Made by a program: the position numbers and the translations under genes
The notes under the pieces: model-generated
The model's database searches: none
What the model was told of the DNA's origin: nothing
The model's input: only the letters and a program-made list of their open reading frames with translations
Shown: positions 35,880 through 48,238 of the stretch, piece by piece
Position numbering within the stretch: the stretch's first letter is position 1
Layout of the letters: every line of letters starts with the position of its first letter
From: Lama guanicoe
Lineage: Eukaryota
Assembly: GCA_013239625.1 (NCBI GenBank)
Contig: MU054001.1
Location: forward strand, 809,884-873,883
Direction: 5' to 3'
DNA: 64,000 nucleotides

Positions 35880-36320
35880 TTAATGGCTGTCCTTGGCTTT
35901 ATTTGTGAGCAGCAAAAAACCCAATCTGAACTACCTGAAGCAAAAACAGGAATTTATTTACTAGCTTATGTTGCCAAGAAGTCCTGGGTAGCACTAGCTC
36001 TGGGCAGAACGTCTCCTCAAACGATGGTAAAGGGCTCTGGTGTCTCTCCTCTCCTCTGTTGGTCCCCTCCTTGGGCAGCCTCACTCCTGAATGTGGGCAG
36101 TGGCTTCCAGCACCCTCTGGAATGTTCCTGCATCCAAACTTGTCCTTTTCACCATAGTCAGGGCCTGACTCGAATTGGCTCAGATTGGGTCATATGCCCA
36201 TCTCTGAACCCCATGGCCAGAGGGTGGGATATGCTGACTGGCTTACAGTTAAGTCACATCTCACCCCTGGCACCTGGGACGGGATGGCTCCTCCCAAACC
36301 ATGAGGACTGAGAAGTGATG
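35880..36320 (-). mobile_element. MLT1J/K-like LTR
   Basis: 'gcaaaaaacccaatctgaact...ggaatttatt' and 'gattgggtcatatgcccatctctgaacc'. Confidence 0.65.
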
Positions 36321-36877
36321 CCAAGGGCATCCTCGAAAGATAGGTAGGTTTTTGTTTTCCAAAGAAAGAGAACTATTACCCAAGAGAACCATTACTTTCT
36401 ACCAAAGATCCAGTGTCTTAAGGCAACTCCTTGAATGAACAACTTGCCTAGAGTACACCTGGTCTTAACAGTCCCAGGACTGGAGAGATGGAACTTTGCT
36501 GAAGGAAATAAGTTCGCCAGATTCTTTTATTGAAGAAGCTAGAAAGCAGGCAAGGACAGCCTTGTTCCAATATTATCTTTAATCAATATGCAAAATCTCT
36601 ACTGGCCACCTTAGCCGCTAATCCACGTTCCTCTGAGAAGTGGATCAAGTTGGATACTTTGCTGGATTTTTCCTCCGACTTGGGGAAACCGTTGCTTTTT
36701 CTTCACTTAGCAAGGAAAACTTAATCTGAGTGTAAACACGTACTTTTTTTAAAAAAAAACCTTTTGTTTTAACACCTAAGATGTCTACAAGGAAATACCA
36801 TACTCCATTGTTAATATTTTCTACTCATTGAAAATATTAACCTTTAAAGGGTGGTCATGTTCATCATTACTTTGGAT

Positions 36878-37066
36878 CAGTAGGTCTCCAGCAGGGACAT
36901 TTTTCTCCTTCGGGGACATTGGTGATATCAGAAGACATTTTTGGTTGTCACAACTCAGGAGGGGTTGCTCCTGGTATCTACTGGCTGAGGCTAGCGATGC
37001 TGTTAAACATCCTTCAGGGCACAGAACAGCTCCAACGCCAATCGTGCTGAAGTTGAGAAATCCTCT
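36878..37066. mobile_element. MER20 hAT-Charlie MITE
   Basis: 'agacattttggttgtcacaact...gctcctggtatctactggctgaggctagcgatgctgttaaacatcct...gtgctgaagttgagaaatcct'. Confidence 0.85.
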
Positions 37067-37124
37067 TTCTGACCCTCACAACAGCTCTGAGGGGACACAC
37101 TGTCCTCATTTGACATTGTCCAGA

Positions 37125-37650
37125 GAGCCTGTATTCACTAAGAATGTATTTGGCTCCAAGAAACAGAAAATCCAACCATTCTTTAAATAAACAGACATTT
37201 CTTTTTCTCAAACAACCAGAAATCCAGGGACTGGCAGTTGCTGATGTTTATGTGCTCAACGATGCCACCAGAAACCTTGGTCCCATGCCTCTTCTCTGTC
37301 ATCCCTACTGGCCTGGCTCTCATCTTCATGCTTGTCACCACATGATTGTTAGCGGCTTTCTGCAGCTCCCCAAAACAAGTCCTCCTCAGGTGGGAAGACT
37401 GGGGACAAGGCTTGGCACCAGTCACCCCTGTGATTTTCGTCCAGCAGTCAAAAGCTCCCTCCGGGTACCACCCTGTTCTCATTAGACTTCTGCTTACGTT
37501 TCATTGGTCAGAGCAGAGTCACATGACCACCTCTGGCTGCAAAGGATTCTGAGAGGGAGTAATCAGCTTTCCAGCTGCATAACGAGGAGGCAGCCAAGAA
37601 GGGGAAGTCAGGAACCGGCACTGAATTAGGCAGCCAGCAGCGTCCACCAC
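37125..37650 (-). mobile_element. MLT1J/K-like LTR
   Basis: 'agacttctgcttacgtttcattggtcagagcagagtcacatgaccacctctggctgcaaagga'. Confidence 0.7.
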
Positions 37651-40254
37651 AGTGGATCAAGGACTCACTCAAGATCGCGCAGCTAGTAAAGACAATCTAG
37701 GATTCAGGTACTTTGATGGTAGCCCTGACCTAATTTTACAGGGATACGTCAGGCTTCTTGTAAGGCCCGTGTTGCCAGAAAGACAAAGCTCGTTCATGAA
37801 CTTAGAAAAAGAACTGGCTCCTTGGAAATTCCACAAGTTCTGTTTAGTTGACCAGAAATTGTCTTTGTATCGCTCCTGCCTCGGTAGCCAGAAATCATGG
37901 GTCTATTCATAACCGCAGGATGGCTACAGGTAATAATAGCAATAATTCAATCCCAAGAGCCCAGCAAAATAGCTAGGTGTCACGGATCTCAGACATAAGA
38001 AGCTCAAAATAATCCAAGTGTAAAATCCCAAACAAATTGCCTATCCGGAAACTCTCTGGGTAGAAATGAAATATCAAGACAAACAGGTGCTACTCCCAGA
38101 CCAGTATTTTTCAGTTGCAGCCCATTAATGGGTGGCAAATTCAATTTAGCGGGCCATGACTGGCGTTAAAAAATGGGGAATAACAGCATATAGGGAAAAA
38201 AGCATCAGAGTGCATCGCGCATAGGAGGGTCAGTATGATTGCTGCAGGGGTGTGTGTGTGTGAGACTGTGGGCCACCCTGCAATATCACATGTATTTCTT
38301 ACTGTATGGTCCACACTCAACAAGTTTGAAAAAGCACTCCACTCTCTTCGCCCAGAAATGAAAGAGCACGTCCAAGCAGAGGCGGAAACCGCCCTGGTAC
38401 GCAGGCCAGGCCGGTGCTACAGCGACTTAGACCGTCCATGAATTATCCTCCTGCTTCCTGATTATCTTGAGAGCCTGCCTGAAGGGGGGCTTTTGCAGAA
38501 CACCTAAATAACCCTCCTGCCACTCTCCGTCTTGCTGGGCTGAGGGGCCAGTCGGCCCTGGCACCTCCGCAGGCCCGCCCTGGTCAATTAGGGCTGCTGC
38601 TCTCCTGAGACAGCTCTCCCTTGGTGTCACAGTTCCCTGGAGTCTGTCCTCTGCGGCACATTGGGTTGGTGGCCCGAGATGACTTGGTTGCTCGCTCTAA
38701 GGGGTTGTGAGCTCGTTGAAATGTGTAGAACAGATAACTGGTGATTTTAATACCTTCCTTTAAAATTGGGGTGTTTTGGATTTGGGGTGCGGTATTCATC
38801 CCTCCCTGCCTCCGATTTGAGTCTGTATACGTCGAAAGGCAGCAAACGTAAAATCGCCTGTCCCCCGGCATCCTGCTTGCTTGCCCTGAGAGACGCCTCT
38901 CGCTTTTCACCCGGCCGGCCGCGATTTTCCTTCCCTCCAGCATTTCCAGTGAAAGGCAGGGAAGGGAGGGGAGGGTGAGGAAGAAGGATTCCTTTGGGGA
39001 AATCCTGCCAATAACCCCTCCCGCAGGTACCAGGTACCCCGTACCAGGGAGGCAGCCTTGTGGACTTGAATTCAGGCGTCCCAGATGTTCTAAGAACAGG
39101 GACCCCCAGCTCCCATGGTTCTCACACCCACAAGAGAATAGTAACAGCAACTATCTAGGCTTCTCTGCCCAGAATACCATTGCTCTCTGTTAAATCACCG
39201 TAACTCCTTCAGGTCCAGGAGGAACTAGAAAATATGCACCTCGAGCTTTGTGTACGATCAGAAAACTCCGTGTCCTATGTGCTTCTGTGACCTTAAACAG
39301 CATAATTAACGTCTACACGCTAAAACTCAGATATTTGAAAAAAATGTCACTTGATGTATTTTCTATAACCGGCCTCCTCTTTCCCTAGGGCTCCTATTCG
39401 CATTAATTCCAGTGTCCTCTGGTTTAAGATAGTCCCTTTTGGGTAAATATAAAATCTAGTTAAAGATCCTGATGGAGCTGGTTCCTCCCTCTTCAACAAT
39501 CTCTCTTCTCCTTTGTCACTTCCAATATGGCGCCTGGGCACAGAAGAAGCTTACACACCCTCATGGCAGCCAAGGGAAGGGGCTAATGACCCTTGGGTTA
39601 TTCCCTGGGGTCTCACTAAGGGGTCCTCCAGCCCACCTCATAGTGGCCTTGCAGTTTGGATTGGCATCTGGTGGTGTGGTCCATTCCCTCTGGTCTGAGG
39701 GACACTAGGTTTGATCCCACTGCTGTGGCTTTGACCATGGCCTCTGGTTATAAAGTCCACTCTCTGGGGCTGCCCCGTCTTAACTCCCTAGTTTCTCCTG
39801 GCTTCCTGTTTCCCATGACTTCTCTATTCCTTCACTCTGGCACGTGGGACTTTTGGGGTCCCCTTGTGTGGGCTGTGGGCAAGCAGGGGCTCGGCCTCAC
39901 GTCTTCACCTTGACAGTGCCCTCGGATCACACTGTTCCAGGCTGGGCGTGACCATGCTGGGTCAACCCCAAGCAACCGGAGGGATGTTCCTGTTTCCTGT
40001 GGGAAAATCTTTGACATCATCAACCCCATTCTCTTTTGACTGTGTATATAAATTCTAGGTTCATACCTCCAAGCCAGCTCTTGATAGGTAAAAGGGAGTT
40101 TGGAATGCTTCCTTTTTTCCCCCCAAAATGATCATTGTCTCTCTAGGCACTCAAGAGTTTAATCTGAAACACGAAGTTGATCGGTGAGCTCTTTATTAAT
40201 TTTTTCCTTCCCTTAAAATAATAAATTCAGAGATAGAGGGAAAACCACAGAAAG

Positions 40255-40420
40255 ACGAGCAAGTAGGCGTCACTGATGATCATACACAAGGTGTACTGGT
40301 TTAATTTCTAATAAACAGTCTTCGTATTGAAGCTGAGCGAGGGTGTGTGAGGGTTCATCTTTCCATTCTCTCCACTTCCATATAGGCTGGAATTTTTCCA
40401 TAAATAAAAAGTTTAAAATA
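40255..40420 (+). mobile_element. Old L1 (L1ME/MC) 3' fragment
   Basis: 'gggttcatctttccattctctccacttccatataggctggaatttttccataaataaaaag'. Confidence 0.55.
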
Positions 40421-41164
40421 AATAAGTAAAAATACATATGCTCATCACACAGAGAGAAATAATCCGTCGTCAGGTTGGGAGCTGAGAACAGCTAGTCCGA
40501 CTCAGCAGCGGGCGGTAGTCTGCCCCCCAAGTTTGGGCTGGAAGTTGTCACCGCCCAGCTCTCAGCCACCAGTGGCTCCGGCTTCATTAAAATAACAGGG
40601 GAAGCCCCTAATTTAGCCAGATTGAATTTTCAACTTTTATAATTCATTTAAAACTTGATCAAGGAGTTAATTTCTGACAGGGGCAAGGGGTGCCTTGCCA
40701 GCTCACCTGGTGGGCAGAGGCATTATAACTAAATTTATGGTGAAGGCAGCTTGTTCTAATTGAGTGCAAAAAGGTGGTTTCTCATCTGGAGCTGGGAGTC
40801 CCGAGGTGAGTGGAGGGAGGAGTGGGTGTCCCGGGTTCTCATTTTGGAGGTGGGGACACGGGGGTCCGTGCAGGCAGCTGCAGAATATTGGAGGAGAGTA
40901 CATTTTGATCAAATGTCATCCGTCAAAAGCTTGTCGAGGGGCTAAGGAAACCCATTATGGTGGCTCCACAGCCAGGACGTCCCGGGTTCCCAGGGTCCCT
41001 GGGGACGGGACCATCTTCTGGAGCCGGGAGGAGAAGGCAGCTGGGGCGTCTGCCCCGTGATGCCGATGTCAGCTTCCTGAGAAGTAACTGGAGGAAGTTT
41101 GGAGGCATCTGAGATGAGGCTGGGAGGCACCAAGAGCTTTGAATTTGTTCAATGGTTTAGGACA

Positions 41165-42045
41165 TAGCAAGCGTGTATGTGCATGTATGTGTGAGTGTGA
41201 ATACATGCAGTGCAATGATGAGTATGTGATCATGTGGATGTGGAGGAATGTGTGTGTCTGTGTGCAGATGTGTATTTATCTGTGAACATGTGTGAATGTG
41301 GGGGGACATGTGTGTACAACTGTGGCTGTGTGTGCTGTGTAAGAATGTATGTGTATCTGTGAGCACGTGTGTGTCTGCGAATGTGTGTGTATTTGTGTGC
41401 GTGTAGATGGGGAAATGGAATACATTTATGTGTGTGTTCCTATGAATGTGTGTTGACTTATCATGCATGTCTGGGGGATGGAATGTGTGTATATCTGGGA
41501 GCGTACGTGGTCTGTGTGTGGATCTTAGTGTGAATATGGGGACCTGAATGTGTGTCTGTGAATGTGTGTGTGTCTATGAACGGGGGAAGTGTGACTATAT
41601 CTGTGACATGTGTGTTCATAGGAACGCGTGTGGACTTGGGAAAGTGCACAGTGTGAACACGACTGTGTGTGCGTGTACAGATATGTGCATCTGTGTGTAG
41701 GACTGTGGGGGAGTCTGTGTGTGTATTTGTGAATGTGTGTGTAGGTGCGTGTATTTGTGAGTGTAGTGAGTAGATGTACACATGGAGATGGGGAAATTTG
41801 ACTTTATCCAAAAACATAACTGAGTTAATATGATTGTCTGCATACAGAACGTGTGTCTGCATGTGTAGTATCTGTAGATGTGTGTGTGTGTGTGTCATGG
41901 GGAGATGTGTGTACACCCATGAACGTGTGTATACACACGTGTCTGTGTGAATGTGGGGGAAGGAAGTGTGTCTGTGTGTGTGAGCTATGTGTGCGTATCT
42001 GTGCCCGTGGGCGTGTTTGCACGTGTGTGTTACTAGCTGTGCATG
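41165..42045. repeat. Long degenerate (TG)-rich low-complexity tract (~880 bp)
   Basis: Seen directly; recurring units 'gtgtgtctgtgaatgtgtg' and 'gatggggaaat'. Confidence 0.9.
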
Positions 42046-42529
42046 GCACCCCCGGCCCTGCATGAGGGCTGCTGTCCGAATCCAGTATCGCGGTTTCTCT
42101 TGTCAGCCTCTTGACATTTTCCCCATCCTTTTCCTCATTCACAGATATTCATGGAGACCCTGGGAATGTGGGGCCCTGGGCTGGGTCCTGAGAACCCCTG
42201 GAGAACAAGGCAGCTGGGGCTCCCCTGGCACCCAGACCCGGAACAGACACCTTCTCTGTGTCCTGAAGCTTCTGTGTAAGTCCTGAGGTCAGTCATGCCC
42301 AGGGTCAGCCTTGCAGGAGACCGAGGGGCTCTGGCACCCTCAGGAAGTCAGTGACATTGCCCCCCCCCACCGCCCTGCTGCTGTCGTTTCGTGCCCTCCC
42401 CATGGCACCAGGCCCTCCAACTTCTCAGTTTCCCGGGGTCACTCATCTGATGAATATACGGATAGCGTATAACATATGCGATCAGCTTGTGGCAGGAAGG
42501 GGTTACTGCTACATCATTACATACGGAAG

Positions 42530-42990
42530 ATAACTTCTCTGGGGCACTTGTCCAGTCCCAGCACCGTACCTAAGGCTTAACCAGCGTTATCTCACTGCAT
42601 CCCCCAAATAGCCCATGAACTAGGAGTTGTTATCCCCATTTCTTAAAGAGGTAGCTGCCCAGAGAGGTGCAGTGATTTGCTCAAAGTCACACAGCTGGCA
42701 AGTGGCCACTTGGGGATTTTATTGTATTTAATTAATTAATGTATTTATTTTTGTTGTTCTTTTTTCAGTATTGTTTTGGCAATCCTGGGTCTTTTGTGAT
42801 TCTATATAAATTTTAGGATTATTTGTTCCAGTTCTGTGGAAAATGTCCTGGGTAATCTTTAGATCGCTTTGGGTATTTTGTTTTATTTTATTGATAATTT
42901 ATTTTATATTATTTTTTAAATTGAAGTGTAGTCAGTTTACAATGTTGGATCACTTAGGGATTTTAAACTCATGACCATCGCATGGAGGGG
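42530..42990 (-). mobile_element. MIR SINE interrupted by a TSD-bounded L1-derived insertion
   Basis: 'tatccccatttc...cccagagaggtgcagtgatttgctcaaagtcacacagctggcaagtgg' resumes as 'gggattttaaactc'. Confidence 0.8.
42721..42950 (-). mobile_element. Composite insertion: ~30 bp young L1 3' end, A-rich tail, L1 ORF2 fragment, second A-rich tail
   Basis: TSD cacttggggatttt (42707) / cacttagggatttt (42951); contains 'ttgaagtgtagtcagtttacaatgttg' and antisense ORF2 'tatataaattttaggattatttgttccagttctgtggaaaatg'. Confidence 0.8.
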
Positions 42991-43689
42991 CTCTCACCAC
43001 TGCCTGGGGTCCTAGGGATTTCGTTTGAGTCCATGGCTCCGGGCCGTCCTAAACACACGTTCCGCAGAACTTCCCAGGTCCGCCCTGGACAGGTTTCTTG
43101 CTCTTTTCTCAGCACGCCTCCTGCCTCGGGCCAAGACTTAGACTAAACACTCCGAGGATACCTCTGTGCAGACTAGCAAAAAGGGCCCATCTCAGCATCT
43201 GCAGGCCTGCAAGGACAAGGCCCGTGAGACGTGGCGCCAAGGCTGTGTGCATGGCGCCAGCCCCCTCTGTCCCCTCTGTCCCCTCTGTAGGGGTCCTGGC
43301 GCCATGAACGCCCTGCACATGGAACGTGGCAGCCCTGGCCGTGCTCACGGGGCCCCCAGCTCTTGGCAGCCCTTTCATCCTGTGCTCCCGTCCATCCAAA
43401 CCTCACTCGCGTCCTCTGAGGCCCAGCTCCGAGGAAATTTCCTCCGGCAAGTCTTCTTGGCTTCACACGGCCCCTCTGAATCCCGGCCTCTCTCCCCGCT
43501 GTTTAGCCTCCCTCAGGCCACTGGCCACTCCGCTGTGCACCCGAGCTGTTTACCAGGGACTCTTGGCCTCCCTGCTTGCCTAGAACAAAGCCGCCCTCAC
43601 CTTCGTGCCGCCCCCCATCAGTTACTGTTATCATTCTGATAGCAGTATTAGCATGCTGATCATTATTATTAGCATGCTGATCATTCTCC

Positions 43690-43930
43690 CTGAGAGCTTC
43701 CTAGGAGCTTGGTACTTGACCTAATGCTTCATTAGCTTTATTCACATTTAATCCTCACAGCCACCCTGTGGGGAGAGCAAGGACTGTTACCATCCCCATT
43801 TTATAGATGATTAAACTGAGGTTCAGAGAGGCCCAGCCACTAATCCAAGATCACACAGCTACTGAACGACAGAGCTCAGGTTCACATGGAGGGGTCTATC
43901 CAGCCCTAGAGTCATTGTGTTTCACCATCA
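43690..43930 (-). mobile_element. MIR SINE
   Basis: 'tttaatcctcacagccaccctg...ccccattttatagatgattaaactgaggttcagagagg...aagatcacacagct'. Confidence 0.85.
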
Positions 43931-44744
43931 CTGAACACATTCCCAGGATTGTGTTGAATGAGTGTTTTTCTGAGGATGTTTATACTTTAAAAGAGGACTG
44001 GGCAGAGAGAACAATGCTTTACCCACAGGAACGTCCCTAGTGGTGGGATGTGCTGTGGCTTGGGTTGGGGGCAGAGATTCAGACCTGAGGAGCCTTCTGG
44101 GGGCCTTCCCAGCACACGCAGCGGAAGCGGCAGACTGGCAGGCTGGCCTGAGTTCCACACTCCATTTCTAGAGGCCCCTTTTAAATCGGACGCTGTGACA
44201 GAGGGGTTATGACACACTTCCTCTAATGTGGGTCTGGGACAGATTTGAGCCATTCGATTGCATTTAATGTAGCTGTGCTTTTTATAGCCACGCACACTGT
44301 CCTCGGCTGCCCCTGGCCTCGCTCTCCCCCGGGGCCCCAGGGGAATGGGCAGATTAAATAAATCTATGACATGAATCAGTGAGACACTGGGCCTCCTCAT
44401 TCCAGCCTTGAGAAAAGCAGAAGAGGCACAGAGCTCAGGAGTGTTGCCCCGTGGACATCTAAAGGACCCTTGTGTTTCTAGCATGCAGAGGGAGGGAGGG
44501 AGGGAGGGAGGGAGCGAAATAGCTGTTGCAGCCCACAGCGCACTCACGGCTGCCACTGGGCCGGGGTCCGTGGTTCTCCTTATCCCTGCAAGCTCAGGGT
44601 CTACCACGCAGCGCTCAGGAAATGACCGTCAGGTGAACACTGTTGACCAGGCTGCTCTGCCCAGTTCTTCTTTTCAACCTGCTCCAAGGTTCTTCACCCT
44701 TGTGATGACTCTTCTGTGTTGACTTCTGTAGACTTGGGAATCTG

Positions 44745-45105
44745 TGACGGTCATTCCTGCTGTTCAAGAAATATTTCCACTTCTCCTCCTTCCTGATTCA
44801 AGAAAGGACTACACTTCCTTGCCTCCTTTGAGGTTAGGCTGGCCATTTGATTTTTTTCTTTCTTTTTTTTTTTTTTGGCCAGAAAAAAGTGAGCAGAAGT
44901 TGACTTCTGGGCAGAAAAGTGTGACAGCCAGTGTGCTATTCTGCCTTCCCACGTTCCCTTCCCACTTCTGTGGTGGGTCTGTGAGCGAGAACTGGGAGCA
45001 GAGCCCCATGCTGACATGAGTTATAGCATTAGGATGAAATCATTCTTTTTGCTGAGCCTTTGTTGCTGTTTGTTACTGCAGCAAAACCCCGCCTACCCTG
45101 ACTGA
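44745..45105 (+). mobile_element. MLT1H/I-like LTR
   Basis: 'ctacacttccttgcctcctttgaggttaggctggcca...gtgagcagaagttgacttctgggcagaa' and 3' end 'tttgttactgcagcaaaacc...cctgactgat'. Confidence 0.7.
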
Positions 45106-46479
45106 TGGAGGAGCCCTGCTTTCTCTCTCTACAGGCTGCTGAAGAGGCGTGCCAGCATTTGTATCAGTCAGCTTTCGCCTCCTCCTTTCATTCCACGCCT
45201 TCGCTCTTTTGGGAAACTGATAGCCTGATTATCTCACAGCAAATGAATAAATAGACCAGTAGGAACTTGATCCTGCCATTATCTTCCTTCTCTCCTCTTG
45301 GCCTTTTTTTCTAGACAGCAGGAAAGTGGTTTTGATTTTTAATGTATGGTAAACAGCAAAGTGAATTCGGGCACATTTTAATTCAGGCAATAATAAACAA
45401 AAGTTCATTTTGTTTTGAGACAGGGATGAAAGAGTATAGAAGTCCTGGGACCCTACAGCTTCTCATGGGATCCCAAAAGAGTTGGCATTGGCCAACTGAG
45501 CAGAAGCTTCCCCGAAAAGAGAGGAGCCAGGAGGAGAAGCCCAGTGCTCCGGCTGCTGAAGAGTCTTTTCTAAGAGATGCACAGGACCCAGAATTCAGAT
45601 TAGTCACAGAAGGAGGTGGGATCCATCGGCCTAGCTCCTTCTCTTCTCCAGCCATGGCTGACTCTTGTCAACCAATTCTTGCTTCATAATTCATAGCTTT
45701 CCAAGTTGATGTGTCCCGTCTCAAACTAATGGCTCATTAAATGTTTCAGACTCTTTAGAATATCAAGGTGTTGACAAAGGGCCTAGCTCTTAGCGTTGGG
45801 AGTTAAAGAGTAAATGGAAGTCTGGTTGATTCTGCGCTATTCAACCAATAGCTATTGACCGCTTTTACAGGGCCCAATAATCACCATTCATATATGAATC
45901 TGCCCAGTAAAACAAGTGGGATCCGGTTAAATCCCAGACATGAGAAGTGACAATGGAGAACCAGTTGGCCACTTTTTTCACCAGTGAATGCTCACAGATC
46001 AGCCTTCTCCTTGGCCCTGGAGCGGTGATGGCAGCAACGCATCAGAACTCATTGGATCCTAATACAAGCAGTGACGTTTTCCATCGTGAGGGCAAGTCAC
46101 ACTCTTCCCCAGCCTGGCTTCTTTCAGGAGCTTGGCCTCTGGACCCAGGCTCATTTTTTGTGGCTATATCAATATCCTTCGTGATGGCCTGGCTTGGATG
46201 TGATGGCTAATGATCCTCTCTTGTGATTATCATTCATTTTGCAATTTTATTTCAATCAAAAGAGTAAGGCTTAAGGGTGAGGCTCTAACCAACTCCCCAA
46301 GGCTGAGATCTTAATTCCCTGGGCTGGGAGCCCCCATTGAACACACATGGAACTGATTTAGTGGCCAGATGGCTCTAATGGCAGAGGGGATTATACTAAA
46401 GAAGCTGGCTTCTCTGCCAGTCCGTGTTTCTAGACTGTCTAACAGTGTAGAGTCATTACGGCTGAACACCCTACTTCTA

Positions 46480-46620
46480 TTCTCTCATTCAACCCTAGCA
46501 ACAACCCTAGAGTCAGGTCAGTGTGATTTTTATCCCCATTTTACAAATGAGGAAACCGAGGCACAGAGACTCAGGGCCACTGAACTTATGGCAGAGAATC
46601 AGGGTTTGCTCTCAATAAGT
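46480..46620 (-). mobile_element. MIR SINE
   Basis: 'tatccccattttacaaatgaggaaaccgaggcacagaga'. Confidence 0.85.
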
Positions 46621-47189
46621 TTTACCCTCTGATCACCAGGAAACTTAAAGAGTATTGTATCTTAGCCAGGGTAGGAAGAGCTATGCTAAGGGGGTCGCAG
46701 GCTTCTTGAAAAACTGCTGAGGTATAAAGTCAGCCAGGCGGGCCCTGTTGAACACATCCAGGTACTATGTTCTGGGAGAGAGGTAAAGGGACAAAAAAAA
46801 AAAAACCTAGATGCCTCAAAAATTATTATGTATTACATAATCTCCAAGATCCAGTGTAAAATGAAAAGGGAAAAATCATAAAGTGGTCTGGGTAGTATGA
46901 TCACAGTTCTATAAAAACAAGAAAGCTGTATTTCTCTCTATATATAACTGAAGAAAAATGCAGAAAGTTACTGGAAGAATGGGTACAAAAATACAGCTTA
47001 GAGTATGGAACCATCACTGAGTGCCAAAAACTTTGTTTACCTCTAAGGAGGAAAGCAAGATGGAGCAGGTAGTGAAGGGGGCATTTTCTCACTCAGTTCT
47101 GGAAATTGTTTGTTTTGACTCTCTTTCACAGTTAGAGTGTATTCTTACATTATTTATATAATTTTTAGAAGCACATCTCTATTGAAAAG

Positions 47190-48238
47190 GTGTGAACAAG
47201 TGTTAGCAAGGATGAGGAGGGAGGGGGATTTGGACTGTAAAATGATGCAGCTGTTTTGAAAAACAGCTTGGCGGTCCCTTAAAATGCCAAACGTTGAGCT
47301 ACCATACGACCTGGCGATTCTACCCAAAAACGTGTTTGTGAACGTTCATCACAGCATTATTCATAAGACCCAGGAAGTGAAAATAACCCAAATATCCACC
47401 AACTGATGGATGGATATGTAAAATAAATAACATGGATAAATAAAAGTAAAATAATTGAAAGAGCCAGGCAATGGAATATTATTCAGCCATAAAAAAGAAT
47501 GACATACCGATACATGCACAACATGGCTGGACCTTGAAAGCATGCTAAGTGAAAAGGGCTAACCACAAAACACCACGTTGTATAATTCCATCTATATGCA
47601 ATGTCCAGAATGGGCCAATCTATAGAGACAGTAAGCAGATCAGAGGTCCCCCAGGGCTATGGGCCGAGAGTGACTGCTAATGAGTATGAGATTTCTTTTT
47701 AAGGTGATGAAAATGTTCTAAAATTAGAAGGCCATAATGATTGCATCATTCAGTGAATATGCTAAAAACCACTGAATTGTATATGCCTTAGATGGGCCTA
47801 AAGGTGAACACACTAAATCAAGTCAGACAAAGAAAGACAAATATCATATGATATCACGTGTATGTGGAACCTAAAAAAAAGAGACAAATGAACTTTACAA
47901 AACAGAAAGAGAGTCACGGACATAGAAAACAAACTTATGGTTACCAAAAGCGAAAGGCAGAGGGTAGGAATAAATTAGGAGTTTGAGATTAGCAGATACA
48001 AACTACTATATATAAAACAGATAAACAACAAGACCCTAATGTATAGCACAGGGAACTATATTCAATATATTGCAATAATCTACAGCAAGAAAGAATATGA
48101 AAAAGGATATATATGTATAACTGAATGATTATGCTATACACCAGAAACTTACCACAATGTTGTAAATCAACTTCAGTTCTAAAAATTGGTGAATTTTATG
48201 GTATGTGAAATATATCTCAATAAAGGTGTGCAAAAAAA
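47190..48238 (+). mobile_element. L1MB/MC-type 3' region interrupted by a young L1
   Basis: 'ggaatattattcagccataaaaaagaatg', 'ggtgatgaaaatgttctaaaatt', and the end 'tgaattttatggtatgtgaaatatatctcaataaag'. Confidence 0.85.
47800..48185 (+). mobile_element. Young camelid-type L1 3' end nested in the older L1
   Basis: 'agacaaatatcatatgatatcac...aaacttatggttacc...ataaacaacaag...gtatagcacagggaactatattcaatat...tgtaaatcaac'. Confidence 0.85.

Noticed and set aside
41157..42142. His/Thr-rich and Cys/Val-rich ORFs up to 200 aa
   Set aside because: Translation artefacts of (CA)/(TG) low-complexity DNA; the same applies to the ORFs at ~1519-1813.
43987..44607. 206-aa minus-strand ORF (and the 188-aa ORF at 38584-39150)
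   Set aside because: Includes simple-repeat-encoded stretches and has no domain features; consistent with chance.
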